DNA from: Myxococcota bacterium
Lineage (GTDB): Bacteria > Myxococcota_A > UBA796 > GCA-2862545
Reading direction: 5' to 3'
Assembly: GCA_039208735.1 (NCBI GenBank)
Contig: JBCCQY010000072.1
Location: 1-41,919 of the forward strand
Length of the DNA stretch: 41,919 nt
Of the stretch, positions 8,690-18,197 are shown piece after piece; position 1 is the stretch's first letter, and every line of letters begins with the position of its first letter. The position numbers and the translations under genes were made by a program. The notes beneath the pieces were generated by a model that saw only the letters and a list, made by a program, of their open reading frames with translations, was not told the origin of the DNA and made no database searches.

Positions 8690-10785
8690 GGCAATCTCAA
8701 AGCAGGTGGCGAAGGCACAGGATTGCTTTGGAGTTCACGGCGCACGGACTTCAGCGCAGTGGCAATGTTGCGCGACGACCACGCGGGAAGGTGTCGCAGC
8801 AGGGCATCGGAAGACACCTGCCCTTGCACCCAACCGAGGAAGGTGTCGGGGTCGATCGACAACTCTGGGACCTCGAGCCGCTCTTCGATAGGTTGCACCA
8901 ACCCATCCGACCGACGCGGGGCCGGCAGGTCTTCCCGTTCGCCGGCCAAGGTGATGCCGACCTTGACCTCGGATTCCGGGATCACGAGCGCCACCACGGC
9001 CCCATGGCCGTAGACCCGCTTGCTCGTCTTTGCGAGCTGTTCGACCAACGCTCGCGCCACCGCAGCATGGCTACTCAACGCATTGGCGTAGGCCTCGGCT
9101 TGCGACAGGATGTGCGCCAAATCTCGACTCGCCTCGATGTGGGAAGCGAGCACCTGAGCGGGTAGCGACGCAATCCAAAGATGCGATTCAGCCAACGCAT
9201 CGACCGCACCGCGGTCCGCCGCCAGCCGGTCCACCGCTCCTCGGTGATGCGCCCGAAACCGGTCGAGGTTCTCGCGACGCAGTCGAAGTCGTTCCTCAAC
9301 CCCGTCTCCAGGCTCATCGGGCGGCGTGAAGGGGAATCCGGGCAAAGGAGCGACGCGATCCACCCCCAGCAACCACCATTGCGCCCGCAGATCGTGTTCG
9401 GGAATCGCCCCCGTGCCCATCTGATCGAGCAAGGCATCGCGCACTTCGGTGACCCGGTCGGGCTCGGGCGCCAACACCGGCTCGAGCAACAGCAGGTCCA
9501 CCCGAGCAAGTTCGGTACGCCCGTCCGCGGCTGCGGCCACGCGCAACATCCGAAGCGCCTGCCGCCACCGACGGTCACTCACGCCCCATTCGTGCCGTTG
9601 GGCGGATTGCCACAACGCCACCAGCGCATCGCCGACTTCGGGCGGCACCGTTACCCGATCCGCCTCGACACGAATCGAATCCAGGTCGGCCTGCGAAAGC
9701 CGTGCATCTTCCGGAATGGTCGGCTCAGGAATGCGACCCGTCGCCACGCGAAGAAACGCGTCCGCCTCCGCCAATGGCGGCACGGTCATGCGAACGAGGA
9801 ATCGGTCGAACAGCGCCTCGAGGCCTCCATCCGGGGCGGGAAGTTCGTTCGAGGCCCCGATGACACCGAGCAAGGGAACCGGATCACGGTGACGACCGTG
9901 ATGAAACACCCGCTCATTGATCAAGGTGAGCAGACTGTTGAGGATCGCCGAATTCGCCTTGAAGATCTCATCGAGGAACGCCACATGCGCTGTCGGCAAA
10001 AACCCTTCGGTTAGACGCCGATAGTCTTCTTGTTTCAGCCCAGGAATCGAGACCGGGCCAAACAGCTCATCGGGGTGAGTGAACCTCGACAACAGGTACT
10101 CGAAGTAGGTCGCATCGGCGAAGCACTGGCACAAGACGCGCGCCAGCATGCTCTTGGCCGTGCCTGGGGGTCCGAGCAGCAAGACATGTTGGCCCGCGAG
10201 TAGGGCGAGCAGCGAAGCGCGCACGTGGCTTCGTCGCTCGAGAAACGTCGCGTCCAGTGCGTCGATGAGTCGACGTAGGCGATCGCGGAGCCCCGGCGAG
10301 GTCGCTCGACGCCCGGGTTCGGTGGGTTCCGACGCCTGATCCGTCTCGGTCCAGGTGCCCTCCCCCCGGACAAAGTCAATGCGACGCTGCCGGATCGCCT
10401 CGGCGGCGAGTTCGCCCACCCGAGCCGCGTACGACTTCGAGTTCTCGACATACTCCTTAGGCACGGGCTGGGTGGTGACCCAAGCCGCGTAGCGCATCGC
10501 GAGATCTTGTAGGTCCGTGTACGGACTGGCCGACAGGGTTCCTGAATCGGCGGCCCAACGCAGCACCCGCGACGCGGGCAACCAGCCCGCGAGGCCCTCA
10601 AGGCGCTGCCGATCCGCTCGGGTCTGACGTTGGACCTTTTCGACCAACGCCGGCAACGTCACGCCGTGCTTCGCCCCTTCCAACGACGCAATCAACATCT
10701 GGACCGCCACGTCGGGCGAACGGGGAAGTCTTGGTCGGCCCGCAAGAGCCGTCACGCCAGGGATATCTGGCCAGGTACTCGCCAT
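8686..10785 (-). CDS. ravA: MoxR-family AAA+ ATPase, RavA-like
   Basis: GPPGTAKS Walker A, FEYLLSRFTHPDELFGP, FLDEIFKANSAILNSLL, GASNELP, ALFDRF and VSDRRW are RavA-subfamily signatures. The start (ATG 10785) is uncertain; the open frame extends to 10872. Confidence 0.88.
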   Translation of the reverse strand: MASTWPDIPGVTALAGRPRLPRSPDVAVQMLIASLEGAKHGVTLPALVEKVQRQTRADRQRLEGLAGWLPASRVLRWAADSGTLSASPYTDLQDLAMRYAAWVTTQPVPKEYVENSKSYAARVGELAAEAIRQRRIDFVRGEGTWTETDQASEPTEPGRRATSPGLRDRLRRLIDALDATFLERRSHVRASLLALLAGQHVLLLGPPGTAKSMLARVLCQCFADATYFEYLLSRFTHPDELFGPVSIPGLKQEDYRRLTEGFLPTAHVAFLDEIFKANSAILNSLLTLINERVFHHGRHRDPVPLLGVIGASNELPAPDGGLEALFDRFLVRMTVPPLAEADAFLRVATGRIPEPTIPEDARLSQADLDSIRVEADRVTVPPEVGDALVALWQSAQRHEWGVSDRRWRQALRMLRVAAAADGRTELARVDLLLLEPVLAPEPDRVTEVRDALLDQMGTGAIPEHDLRAQWWLLGVDRVAPLPGFPFTPPDEPGDGVEERLRLRRENLDRFRAHHRGAVDRLAADRGAVDALAESHLWIASLPAQVLASHIEASRDLAHILSQAEAYANALSSHAAVARALVEQLAKTSKRVYGHGAVVALVIPESEVKVGITLAGEREDLPAPRRSDGLVQPIEERLEVPELSIDPDTFLGWVQGQVSSDALLRHLPAWSSRNIATALKSVRRELQSNPVPSPPALRLP

Positions 10786-10902
10786 GGTGAGTCGCGTATC
10801 CTGCTGACGAGGCTCGCGACGTCCTTCGTGCACACCTTCAGATTTGACAATGCAACCATCCCGGCCGACCAACCGCTCAGGCCGTAGCCGACGGCGTAGA
10901 AT

Positions 10903-11256
10903 TCAGACGGTCATGGGCGTATCGACCACAGCGATGGACGCATTTTGCGCTGTCGACGATGGGGGTGCCCAGTGGGTCATGGAGGCAGGGACGCGCAAAC
11001 GTTGGCTTGACGCGATCGGATCGACCAAAGCGGAAATCCGATCGGCGACCGGGTGCCGCTGGGCCAGCGCACCTTCCCACTGCGTCACCGCTACGACCAA
11101 GACGAGCCAACGGGCCCTGTCGAAGCAGGAATCTCTGGGGGTGTGGGAAAACTGTTGACACGCCTTGGTGAAGTGATCCGCCGCAGAGGCGAGGACTCGC
11201 GCCAGCACGTCATCGACATTGACAATGTCGGGAACGAAGCGTGAACTTGCCGTCAC
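10903..11256 (-). CDS. Possible small hypothetical protein
   Basis: Open frame filling most of an otherwise empty ~520-bp gap; no recognisable motif and the start is uncertain. Confidence 0.25.
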   Translation of the reverse strand: MTASSRFVPDIVNVDDVLARVLASAADHFTKACQQFSHTPRDSCFDRARWLVLVVAVTQWEGALAQRHPVADRISALVDPIASSQRLRVPASMTHWAPPSSTAQNASIAVVDTPMTV

Positions 11257-11308
11257 GCTCGAGACGACTTGAGTCGGATCGGGTAGCCTTCCCGCCGGGG
11301 AGGTCGAC

Positions 11309-12079
11309 GTGCGCTTTTTCCTAATGGCCATCGCGGGACTGGGGATGGGTTGTGCCCCAGACTGGGATGGCACCGCGGTGTGCCTCGATGCGGAGTTGGT
11401 CGATATGACTGCCGCGTGCACGGCGTCGCGAATCGACGACACCACGGGCAAAGGGCGCGAGGTCGCCGATGTGAGCCAGGTCACCGTCGACGGCGTTGAG
11501 GTGTGCCGTGGCCGCCTCTATGTGCGCTCGGAGGCGATCGCCTGGGAAAACCTGTTCTTCCGGCCTGATGCGGATGGATGGACCGACCTCGAAACCACCT
11601 TCCAAGAAGTGCTGCTCCAGCAGTCATTGAGCGAGCCTCCCCCGGGACTTGAGATGCGCGTGGAGCAGTTGCTCGCCACGGAATCGGGTCGGCTCCTCGA
11701 GATCGACAGCGGCCTGAGCAAGGAGCCCGGGGTTACCAAGGATGACCTCGATCCGCTTGTCCTCGTCGACGAGATTGGCGAAAACTCAATCTTGGGCAGC
11801 GACGAGTACGTGTTCCGGCTTGAGGGCCAGCTCGGGGAAACCACGTCGTTGCTAGTAAACTCTTCGGGCAACCTCGACTTTACCGGGGTCGGCGTGGTCA
11901 CCGATCCCATTGGTCCCATCTCGACGTTGAACCAATCACTCAACAACGACGATGAACTCTTCGCTCTCACCTTGGCCACCGTCGACGTTCCCCTGGAAGG
12001 GCTGGATGTGCTGGAGGAGGACCAGGTGCTCGAACTCCGTCTGACCACGTGGCAGCACCTCATCTTCACGGCTCGTTGA
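11309..12079 (+). CDS. Hypothetical lipoprotein
   Basis: GGAGG then GTG start; MRFFLMAIAGLGMGC lipoprotein signal; acidic, beta-rich mature part. Confidence 0.75.
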   Translation: MRFFLMAIAGLGMGCAPDWDGTAVCLDAELVDMTAACTASRIDDTTGKGREVADVSQVTVDGVEVCRGRLYVRSEAIAWENLFFRPDADGWTDLETTFQEVLLQQSLSEPPPGLEMRVEQLLATESGRLLEIDSGLSKEPGVTKDDLDPLVLVDEIGENSILGSDEYVFRLEGQLGETTSLLVNSSGNLDFTGVGVVTDPIGPISTLNQSLNNDDELFALTLATVDVPLEGLDVLEEDQVLELRLTTWQHLIFTAR

Positions 12080-12138
12080 TGTCGTGCCGCGACGATCCCC
12101 GCTCCAACCGCCCAATCGATGCTTGAACCAGCCTGAAC

Positions 12139-13506
12139 TTACGCGATGTAAACGGTCTTTTCGTTCACGAAGGCCCGCAGTCCGTGGATGGCCAGCTCCC
12201 GACCGTACCCACTTTGTTTAATCCCTCCGAACGGAAGCCTTGGATCGGAGCGAACAAAGTCGTTGACGCTACAGAATCCGGCTTGCAGATGCTGCTCGGC
12301 AATTCGCTGCCCTCGGGCCACGTCGGCCGTGAACACCGCGGCGCCCAGGCCGTATGGGGTATCGTTGGCGATATCGATGGCGTCAGCTTCGTCGCGCGCA
12401 CGGAACACCGCTGCGACCGGTCCGAACAGTTCCTCCCGCGCGGCCACACTGGTCCGGGGTACATCGACGAGCAACGTCGGCGGGTACCACGCTCCCGCCC
12501 GTTCGGGCACCACGCCGCCCATGCACCGTGTCGCCCCCGCCTCAAGGGTGGCCAGAACCTGGGCATGCAGCGTGTCGCGCAGATCGATTCGGGCCATCGG
12601 GCCCACCGTCGTGCGGTCTTGCGTAGGGTCCCCCTGAACCGCCTCGCCCATCGCCGCCTCGAGTCGTTCGACAAAAGCGTCATGCACGGACTCAACAACC
12701 ACGAACCGCTTGGCGGCAATGCAGCTTTGCCCCGAGTTGAGGAGCCGGCTGGTGACGCAAGCACGAACCGTTCGATCGAGATCTGCATCCGCCAACACGA
12801 CGTAGGGATCGCTTCCCCCAAGTTCGAGGAGTGAAGGCAACAGCCGGGCGCCGGCCCGGGCCGCAACCGCACGCCCGGCCCTATCGCTGCCGGTAAGGGT
12901 CACGCCCGCGATGGGAGCCTGGTCGATGAGCCGGCCCGCAACCTCGGTCTCCACGACCAGCACGCCGAACCCCTCAGCTCCTCCAGCCTCCGCAAAAAGC
13001 GCCTCGATCGCACGAGCACATCCGGTCACGTTGGGTGCGTGCTTGAGGAGTACGGTGTTGCCTGCGATGAGCGCGGGAGCCGCGGCGCGAAACACCTGCC
13101 AAAGCGGGAAGTTCCACGGCATGATGGCCAGGATGGGTCCCAAGGGTCGCGACACGACGTAGCTTTGAGCCGCCTCAGTGGGATGTGGACGGGGCGCGAG
13201 CATCGCGGGGCCGTGCTCAGCATAGTGCTCGCAGCCCACCGCACACTTGTCGACCTCACTTCGGCTCTGCATGATGGGTTTGCCCATTTCTCGGGTCATG
13301 AGCTGGGCGAGCGACTCCCGGTGCGCACGCAGGGCCTGGGCGAGGTTGCGCAGCAGGGCCTGTCGGACGTCGACTGTGGTGGCGCGCCATGTGCGAAAGG
13401 CCTCCGCTGAGGCCTTGGCGATCGCCATGCCTTCGTCAAAAGAGGCAACCTCATACTCCGCAATCCGTTCGGCGGTACTCGGATTGATGCTCTCGAACTT
13501 GGTCAT
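12139..13506 (-). CDS. sad: NAD(P)-dependent succinate-semialdehyde dehydrogenase (Sad/GabD1-type aldehyde dehydrogenase)
   Basis: IMPWNFP, LKHA, TLTGS, LELGGSDP, NSGQSCIAAKRF (catalytic Cys), EELFGPV and PFGGIKQSGYGREL; purine-rich ribosome-binding site before ATG 13506. Confidence 0.9.
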   Translation of the reverse strand: MTKFESINPSTAERIAEYEVASFDEGMAIAKASAEAFRTWRATTVDVRQALLRNLAQALRAHRESLAQLMTREMGKPIMQSRSEVDKCAVGCEHYAEHGPAMLAPRPHPTEAAQSYVVSRPLGPILAIMPWNFPLWQVFRAAAPALIAGNTVLLKHAPNVTGCARAIEALFAEAGGAEGFGVLVVETEVAGRLIDQAPIAGVTLTGSDRAGRAVAARAGARLLPSLLELGGSDPYVVLADADLDRTVRACVTSRLLNSGQSCIAAKRFVVVESVHDAFVERLEAAMGEAVQGDPTQDRTTVGPMARIDLRDTLHAQVLATLEAGATRCMGGVVPERAGAWYPPTLLVDVPRTSVAAREELFGPVAAVFRARDEADAIDIANDTPYGLGAAVFTADVARGQRIAEQHLQAGFCSVNDFVRSDPRLPFGGIKQSGYGRELAIHGLRAFVNEKTVYIA

Positions 13507-13605
13507 CCTTCTCCCTCCAAGCGCACAATGCCACTTCCCCCGTCTGATTTCCTTTTCAATCGCCTGCCTCATGCTAGACCGGCAAGGTTTCCCGGGGGGA
13601 GCAGC

Positions 13606-15636
13606 GTGCAATCAAGCGTGTGGTTTGTCGCATTCGTGTTTTGGGGTTGTTCATCGGCGACCCCACCTCAAATTGTCGTGCCGGTAGGCGAGTGCGGTGA
13701 TGGCAATGTCGATCCTGGCGAAGGTTGCGACGAGGGTGCCAACAACGGCGATACAGCAGCTTGCACCGCGACCTGTGAGGTCGCTACCTGCGGCGATGGC
13801 CTGGTCTATCAAGGCGTCGAGGAGTGTGACGACGGCCCCGCCAACGCCAATGACGCCGCCTGCACCGACGATTGCGTGACCGCTCGATGTGGCGACGGTC
13901 TGCTTCAAACGGGAGTCGAGGAGTGCGATGCGGGCACGGCGAACAATGACGGGGGCCGATGCACCGCGCAGTGCACGGTGGCCGTGTGCGGTGACGGGCT
14001 CATCCTTGCCGGCATCGAGCAATGTGATCAGGGCAAGTTCAACGACGATAACGGGTTGTGCACAACGCAGTGCACGCTCGCCCGCTGCGGTGACGGATTT
14101 CTTTACGGCGACGAAGCGTGCGACCTGGGCAAGCGAAACGCCGACGACGCCCAGTGTACTTCCGAGTGCAATGAGGCCGTGTGCGGCGATGGCCTGATTC
14201 ACGCGGGCGTCGAGGTCTGCGACGACGGAGTGCTCAACGCAGACGATGCGGGGTGCACGAGTTCGTGCGTACCGGCGACGTGCGGCGATGGCCTGGTGTG
14301 GTCTGCGGTGGAGGAGTGCGACGACGCAAACAACGAAGGGGGCGACGGGTGCGGTCCCGCGTGCACGCTGCCTCGCACCATCCCCGTCGCCAATGCAGAT
14401 GCAAAGTTGATCGGCGAAAATGCATTCGCCGAGGCCCGTGTCGTTATGCCAGCGGGTGACACCAACAATGATGGCCTGGACGACGTCCTCGTCACAGCAT
14501 CTGGCGCAGACGGCGACAGTATCAACAGCGGAGCCACGTACCTCGTAGCGAGTCCAATCCAGGGAACGCTCGACCTCTCAGCGGCCGATGCAGTTCTATT
14601 TGGCTTTCCAGCAGGCTTTATGAGCACCATCCCGATCGCTGCAATCGGGCTTGGTGATGTCAACAATGACGGTTCAGATGACTTTGGCGTGAATGTATTG
14701 GGTCCCGGCGGCGAGATCGTCATCGCCTACGGTCCCATCGCAGGCGAATTTGAACTTCGCGATATGCCAGATCGAATTTTAGGTCCAGAACTTGGAATCG
14801 CGAGATTGAACTTGGCACCTATCGGAGATGTGAACGGCGATGGCAACGCGGATCTCATGGTCTTCGATGGCACCAACAACACCCACATCGTGCTTGGACC
14901 CATCATCGGCACCACCGCACTCGCCGACTCCATCAGGCTTAGTGGAGAAAACGAGGGTGATCAGGCAGGCCGCGCCCTTGCGGCCGGAGACATCAATGGA
15001 GATGGCGTAACAGACTTCATTGTAGGCGCCTCGGGCCACGACCTTGGTGGTGAAGACGCCGGTCTGGTCTATGTGGTTGAGGGACCGGTCAACGGCGACT
15101 TCGACCTCACAAACGCCCAAGGCAAACTGGTTGGAGAAGCCGCTGGTCATCGAGCTGGAGCCCATCTTAGCTTCGCAGGCGACATCAACGCAGATGGGTT
15201 TGGAGACATTTTCGTCGACGGTGGTGGGGTTGCTTACGTGGTTTATGGCCCCGTGAATGGCGTGATGGATCTCTCACAGGCCGACGCGATCTTTGAGCGA
15301 ACGTCCAACGGTTCCGTCTCTGGCGTCGCAGCGGCTGGAGACGTCAACGGAGATGGCTACAGCGACCTTCTGATCGGGGCACCACTCAGTGACGACAATG
15401 GAGTGGATTCAGGTACGGCGTACCTCGTCTTGGGCCCTGTCTCGGGGACCCATTCCTTGGTGGATGCAGATGTCACCTTCACGGCTGAAGCCGCGGGCGA
15501 CGAACTCTCTACCCACCTCGCTTCCACCGGCAACCTCGACGGAGACGGCCTTAGCGACATCATGCTGGGATCGCTGGCCGACGGCGATGGAGACCGAAGC
15601 GGGATCTCCTACGTCTTCTTCGGCTCCAGTCTCTGA
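13606..15636 (+). CDS. Surface lipoprotein with seven myxobacterial Cys-rich (DUF4215/TIGR02232-type) repeats and C-terminal FG-GAP (integrin alpha-like) repeats
   Basis: FVFWGC lipobox; seven CGDG...E.CD units; then repeated GD(V/I)NGDG.xD(L/F).(V/I)GA motifs. GTG start at 13606 after GGGGGAG. Confidence 0.85.
   Translation: MQSSVWFVAFVFWGCSSATPPQIVVPVGECGDGNVDPGEGCDEGANNGDTAACTATCEVATCGDGLVYQGVEECDDGPANANDAACTDDCVTARCGDGLLQTGVEECDAGTANNDGGRCTAQCTVAVCGDGLILAGIEQCDQGKFNDDNGLCTTQCTLARCGDGFLYGDEACDLGKRNADDAQCTSECNEAVCGDGLIHAGVEVCDDGVLNADDAGCTSSCVPATCGDGLVWSAVEECDDANNEGGDGCGPACTLPRTIPVANADAKLIGENAFAEARVVMPAGDTNNDGLDDVLVTASGADGDSINSGATYLVASPIQGTLDLSAADAVLFGFPAGFMSTIPIAAIGLGDVNNDGSDDFGVNVLGPGGEIVIAYGPIAGEFELRDMPDRILGPELGIARLNLAPIGDVNGDGNADLMVFDGTNNTHIVLGPIIGTTALADSIRLSGENEGDQAGRALAAGDINGDGVTDFIVGASGHDLGGEDAGLVYVVEGPVNGDFDLTNAQGKLVGEAAGHRAGAHLSFAGDINADGFGDIFVDGGGVAYVVYGPVNGVMDLSQADAIFERTSNGSVSGVAAAGDVNGDGYSDLLIGAPLSDDNGVDSGTAYLVLGPVSGTHSLVDADVTFTAEAAGDELSTHLASTGNLDGDGLSDIMLGSLADGDGDRSGISYVFFGSSL
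13693..14367 (+). repeat. Seven tandem ~33-aa Cys-rich coding repeats
   Basis: CGDGNVDPGEGCD, CGDGLVYQGVEECD, CGDGLLQTGVEECD, CGDGLILAGIEQCD, CGDGFLYGDEACD, CGDGLIHAGVEVCD, CGDGLVWSAVEECD. Confidence 0.9.
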
Positions 15637-15672
15637 CGATGGGCGGAACGTGCGCCCGCCTCACCCAACGCC

Positions 15673-16893
15673 TCAAGGCTGGGCCAACTGGCCCGCCCCA
15701 AGCAGTGCGCTTAGGGTCAGAAAGCCCTGTCGCAGACCGTTCACGTCGCAGTTTTCAAGCAACTCCTGCTCTTGGCAAACCTGCCACAGCGCAAAGCGAC
15801 CCGACATGGCCACATGGTCCGACAGACCGATGACGATTCCGGCATTCACGAAGTGGTTATGTCGGGCGGCAACACCACGTTCTTCCTCACGAACCCAATC
15901 GTATTGAGCGCCGATCAGGTTTCGCTTGCCAACCCGAACGTCAAATCCCCCCGACACCACCGAGCCCAAGTACGCTTCCTCTTCGGATACCACTGCAAGA
16001 TCCGTCAGTTCAACGACATCGTTGAACATCTGGCTCACATTTCCGAAAAGCTGAAAGCGATTTTCGGGCGCTTTGAGTCGGATGCCCGCCCGAAGGTTCC
16101 GACCGGTAAGGTTATCGTCGGTCGTCAGGCTGGTGTTCGTATTCACGGAGAACAGTTGAACCGCGACCTGAGCGTCCACTACGTCCGTGTTGAGTCGAAG
16201 CGATGGGGTAGCGACAATGGTGTTGAAGCTTGAAGTCGGGAAGCCTCGCGCATCGCGACCCACGTTGGACCAGGGAATCTGGTAAAAGCGTGAGAATGGC
16301 GGGAACGTGCCGCCAACAGCCAGGGTCGCGGTCGTCGATGTAGGGTTTCCAGCATTCAGGGTAAACCCCGCCGTTAGTTTGTCGGCAATCGTATACTCGA
16401 CCCTCACCCCATTCCCACGATTGAACCCTGAAATGAGCAGTGGCTCACGCGTCAGGAGATCGGACAGAAGCAAGTTGGCAACACTAAAGGAAAAGTAGTT
16501 CAGACTTGCTGGATCCGTCACGCGGCCCACTTCCAGGACGACCTGGTCACCTTTGCCAAGCACGTCGGTGTTCTGGTAGCGAATGAACTGGTTGCGGACC
16601 TGAATGGCGGCCTGTCCTTCCCAGACGCTCGTACCATAGGGTCCCGCGTTGAACTCCACCTCGCTGTTGATCGACCATTCGTCCGAAAGGCGACCCAACA
16701 ATCCAATTCGAGCCAAGGCCGGGGTCCAGAAGCGGCCTTGCCGATCGTCGATGTCATCTTGACGGCGATCGACAAACTCTACGGCTCCTCCGCCCACGAA
16801 CGCCGCATACGGCGACAACGTGGGGGAACGGGCCGCCTCGTCATCCGCAGCCTGCGCCAAACTCAGCGCAAGAGTGAAGAACGCGGTCATCAA
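15673..16893 (-). CDS. Putative outer-membrane beta-barrel (porin-like) protein
   Basis: Signal peptide MTAFFTLALSLAQA; alternating amphipathic strands rich in aromatic residues and Gly; start overlaps the lipase stop (TTGATG). Confidence 0.7.
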   Translation of the reverse strand: MMTAFFTLALSLAQAADDEAARSPTLSPYAAFVGGGAVEFVDRRQDDIDDRQGRFWTPALARIGLLGRLSDEWSINSEVEFNAGPYGTSVWEGQAAIQVRNQFIRYQNTDVLGKGDQVVLEVGRVTDPASLNYFSFSVANLLLSDLLTREPLLISGFNRGNGVRVEYTIADKLTAGFTLNAGNPTSTTATLAVGGTFPPFSRFYQIPWSNVGRDARGFPTSSFNTIVATPSLRLNTDVVDAQVAVQLFSVNTNTSLTTDDNLTGRNLRAGIRLKAPENRFQLFGNVSQMFNDVVELTDLAVVSEEEAYLGSVVSGGFDVRVGKRNLIGAQYDWVREEERGVAARHNHFVNAGIVIGLSDHVAMSGRFALWQVCQEQELLENCDVNGLRQGFLTLSALLGAGQLAQP

Positions 16894-18023
16894 TCCGCCA
16901 GACGAGCGAGGATGATGTCAATCGCCGCCTGAGCGCGCGCCGCCCCGTAGTGGTTCGCGAGCGCCCCACAGGCTGGCCCATAAAAGGAGATGTCGAAGTC
17001 CTGGAGGCCAATCAGCTGATTGTCAGCCCCCTCGAGACGCGAGCTGGCCTCACTCACAAACAGGTCCTGCTGCTCACCGTTGCCTTTGTCTTGCATGACG
17101 ACTGTAGTGTAGGCCACGCTGTGACCGTTGCAGGCATCCGTCCGACCAAACGCGGACTCACCCGTGCTACACGGCGTTTCAAAGGCCCCTTCGGGACCAT
17201 TGTTCGGAGTCAAGAACTCGGTTGGTGAATAAGCCGCCCGGCTTCCCATTTCACACGCGACACTGCCCGCCATGGTGGGATTGAGCCCGCAAAGCAGCTC
17301 AAACGTCGAGACACCGTGGTTCGCCCCGGCAAGCAAAATCATGTCGTCGATGCGCGAAAACACGTCCACTCCGTCGTTGATGTACAACCGTCGAATGGCA
17401 TCGCGCACCACGGTCACACCAAACGAATGGGCCACGATCGCAATCTGGCGATCGGGATAGGCCTCAAGCACCGACTCAAGGAAGTGCTGTACGATCGGCA
17501 CGCCCCAACCGTGGTCCATGTTCTGGGCGAAGTTGTCGACCGGATCGTCGTCGACCAGATCGAAGCGCATGTCCACGGCCAACATCCGGTACCCCATCGG
17601 CAGGAGTTGCTCGGTCAGCATGTCGGGCGGGACGAAGGTTTTGTCCATGACGTCACACGGTTTGGGATCGAAGGTCTCGAACACCGCCGGAGAGTCCGAG
17701 TTGCCGTGGATGAGCAGGACGATGGGCTTGCTCGTGTCTTCAGTGCCAACAAACTCCTTGGCGGCACACGTGTAGCCCGGAATGCTGGCCGGATCGGAGA
17801 GGCCCACCGTGGAACACCCAGGGTGAGTGTCCAGTTGTCGGTAGGTGATGGTGTCGCTCACGTCGGGCAATTCGACGTTCATGCCCGTCTCGGACGTGTC
17901 AACGGCCATGCCCGTGTCCGGAGCCTCACCCGTATTGGGGTCCTCGTCGTCCGCAGGGCCGGTCGTCGGACAGCCCAACAAAGCCAAGGGAGCCAGCAAA
18001 AGAAGCGTGGGAAGTCGAAGCAC
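16890..18023 (-). CDS. Lipoprotein lipase/esterase (lipase class 2-like alpha/beta hydrolase)
   Basis: LALLGC lipobox; LLIHGNSD oxyanion motif, AHSFG nucleophile pentapeptide and GANHG; GGAGG before GTG 18023. Confidence 0.8.
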   Translation of the reverse strand: MLRLPTLLLLAPLALLGCPTTGPADDEDPNTGEAPDTGMAVDTSETGMNVELPDVSDTITYRQLDTHPGCSTVGLSDPASIPGYTCAAKEFVGTEDTSKPIVLLIHGNSDSPAVFETFDPKPCDVMDKTFVPPDMLTEQLLPMGYRMLAVDMRFDLVDDDPVDNFAQNMDHGWGVPIVQHFLESVLEAYPDRQIAIVAHSFGVTVVRDAIRRLYINDGVDVFSRIDDMILLAGANHGVSTFELLCGLNPTMAGSVACEMGSRAAYSPTEFLTPNNGPEGAFETPCSTGESAFGRTDACNGHSVAYTTVVMQDKGNGEQQDLFVSEASSRLEGADNQLIGLQDFDISFYGPACGALANHYGAARAQAAIDIILARLAD

Positions 18024-18043
18024 GAGCGCCTCCAATCTCTAGT

Positions 18044-18087
18044 TGACAGGTGAGTCAGGTTTTACCAAAAGGTGATTCAGGAGTCAC
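18044..18087. promoter_or_regulatory. Two operator-like palindromes upstream of the lipase/barrel genes
   Basis: TGAC-AGGTGA-GTCA (18044-18057) and GTGATTCAGGAGTCAC (18072-18087), in an AT-richer intergenic patch 20-65 bp upstream of the start. Confidence 0.55.
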
Positions 18088-18197
18088 GTCAAGACACTAC
18101 GCGCCGCGTGACACCGAGCCATAGGGCTGTTTAGATCATGTCTCTTAGCAGCCACGCTTCGGAAGACGTCCCGTCACGCCAAACGGGGCGCCGGGGA

